DNA from: a virus
Taxonomy: Duplodnaviria; Caudoviricetes
IMG/VR virus record: IMGVR_UViG_3300036376_000009
Coordinates: 1-64,000 of that record
Reading direction: 5' to 3' (one strand)
Length of the DNA: 64,000 nucleotides
Part shown: positions 63,053 to 64,000 of the stretch, in pieces
How positions within the stretch are numbered: the first letter of the stretch is position 1
How the letters are laid out: each line of letters starts with the position of its first letter
Made by a program: the position numbers and the translations under genes
The notes under the pieces: model-generated
What the model saw: only the letters and a program-made list of their open reading frames with translations
Told to the model about the DNA's origin: nothing
Databases searched by the model: none

Positions 63053-64000
63053 CCCCGGCGGGGGCGGTGGCCGGATCGCGCGCCTGCCCCCGCTGGTGCA
63101 CCCGCCCGGCTACGGGATCAACATCCCGACCGAGTCCGGGCCGGTATTCGTCACGATCCCGAAAGACCTGGACGCCAACGTCGCGTGGCGGCGTGATCTG
63201 CTCGAACGGATCAGCACCAGCGACGAGTGGGCGCAGCTCTTCCGGAAGGCTGTCTCCGCGCCCTGTGTGGAAGCGCTGCTCTTCTGGCTCAACGCCTTCG
63301 TTTGGACCTTCCGCGTGCAGTACGTCGACGCCAAGGGCGTGGACCGCACCATCACCGACGGGGCCAACGACTGGCCGTTCGTCACGTGGGTGTTCCAGGA
63401 CCGGGCCATCCGCCGGCTGTACGAGGCGATCACCAAGCCCCATGACCTGGTGCTCGACAAGTACCGCAACGCGGGCGCATCGTGGCTCATCGTCGCGGTG
63501 TTCACCTGGTTCTTCCTGTACCAGCGGGGCAGCAACTTCATGCTGGTCTCGCGCAAGGAGGCGCTGGTCGACAACCCCGGTGACCCGGACACCCTCTTCT
63601 GGAAGATCGACTACATCCTGCAGCACCTGCCCCCCGCGCTGGTGCCTTCGTGCAAGCGCACGTTCCTCAAGATCATCAACGCCGAGACCGGATCCACCAT
63701 CATCGGCCAGGCGTCCACGGGGGACGTCGGGCACGGCGGCCGAAAGACCGCGGTGCTGTTTGACGAGGTGGCGCTGATGCGCGAGGCCCGCGAAGCGTGG
63801 ACCGGTGCTGGCCGCACCACCAACTGCCGCATCGGCAACAGCACGCCCCACGGCTGGACGTTCCACAGCGAGCTCGTCCACTCGGGCAAAGTGCCGGTGC
63901 TCGCCATCGACTTCTGGGAACACCCCGAGTTCGGACGTGGGCGATACGAGTACGTCGAGCCCGCCACCGGCGCGATCAAGATCAGCAGCCCGTGGCGCGA
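63006..64000 (+). CDS. terL: Second terminase large subunit, ATPase domain (3'-truncated by window)
   Basis: Hand translation from ATG 63006: DKYRNAGASW (Walker A-like), GGRKTAVLFDEVA (Walker B), NSTPHG. Confidence 0.85.
   Translation, partial: MATPAETAAPSSPPNNPGGGGGRIARLPPLVHPPGYGINIPTESGPVFVTIPKDLDANVAWRRDLLERISTSDEWAQLFRKAVSAPCVEALLFWLNAFVWTFRVQYVDAKGVDRTITDGANDWPFVTWVFQDRAIRRLYEAITKPHDLVLDKYRNAGASWLIVAVFTWFFLYQRGSNFMLVSRKEALVDNPGDPDTLFWKIDYILQHLPPALVPSCKRTFLKIINAETGSTIIGQASTGDVGHGGRKTAVLFDEVALMREAREAWTGAGRTTNCRIGNSTPHGWTFHSELVHSGKVPVLAIDFWEHPEFGRGRYEYVEPATGAIKISSPWR

Larger units (their letters stand above)
40710..64000. mobile_element. Phage/prophage B (integrase, recombination, replication, start of packaging module), partial
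   Basis: Tyrosine integrase, YqaJ, RecT, DnaB, initiator and a second TerL from 63006 that differs from the TerL at 12454. Confidence 0.75.

Overview
Very GC-rich window (not computed; visually about 70%) made up entirely of tailed-phage (siphovirus-like) genes. It appears to hold two different but related phages in tandem. Phage A (1 to about 38-40.7 kb, left end outside the window) has early/replication genes, RusA, HNH, a cos-like site, P27-type TerS, TerL, an HK97-type portal/protease/capsid, neck, tail tube, tape measure, a fused NlpC/P60-gpI-gpJ tip and fibre genes. A minus-strand block follows (structural-like gene, holin-like gene, ParB-fused DNA methylase, HTH). Phage B (from about 41 kb, running off the right end) has a tyrosine integrase, YqaJ/RecT, a HerA-like ATPase, a Dam-like/ART-like/ASCH/PolX-like cluster, DnaB, an iteron-containing initiator, a leftward DUF932/MutS-I block and a second, different-family terminase. 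I found no tRNA, rRNA, CRISPR array or recognisable endolysin. The most notable unexplained signals are a three-copy intergenic RNA-like motif with compensatory base changes (4087, 47819, 48380), a 19-nt repeat plus hairpin leader bounding early gene cassettes, and a shared TTGAC-N16 promoter motif at gene ends. Family calls come from visual motif recognition only; no database searches were run.
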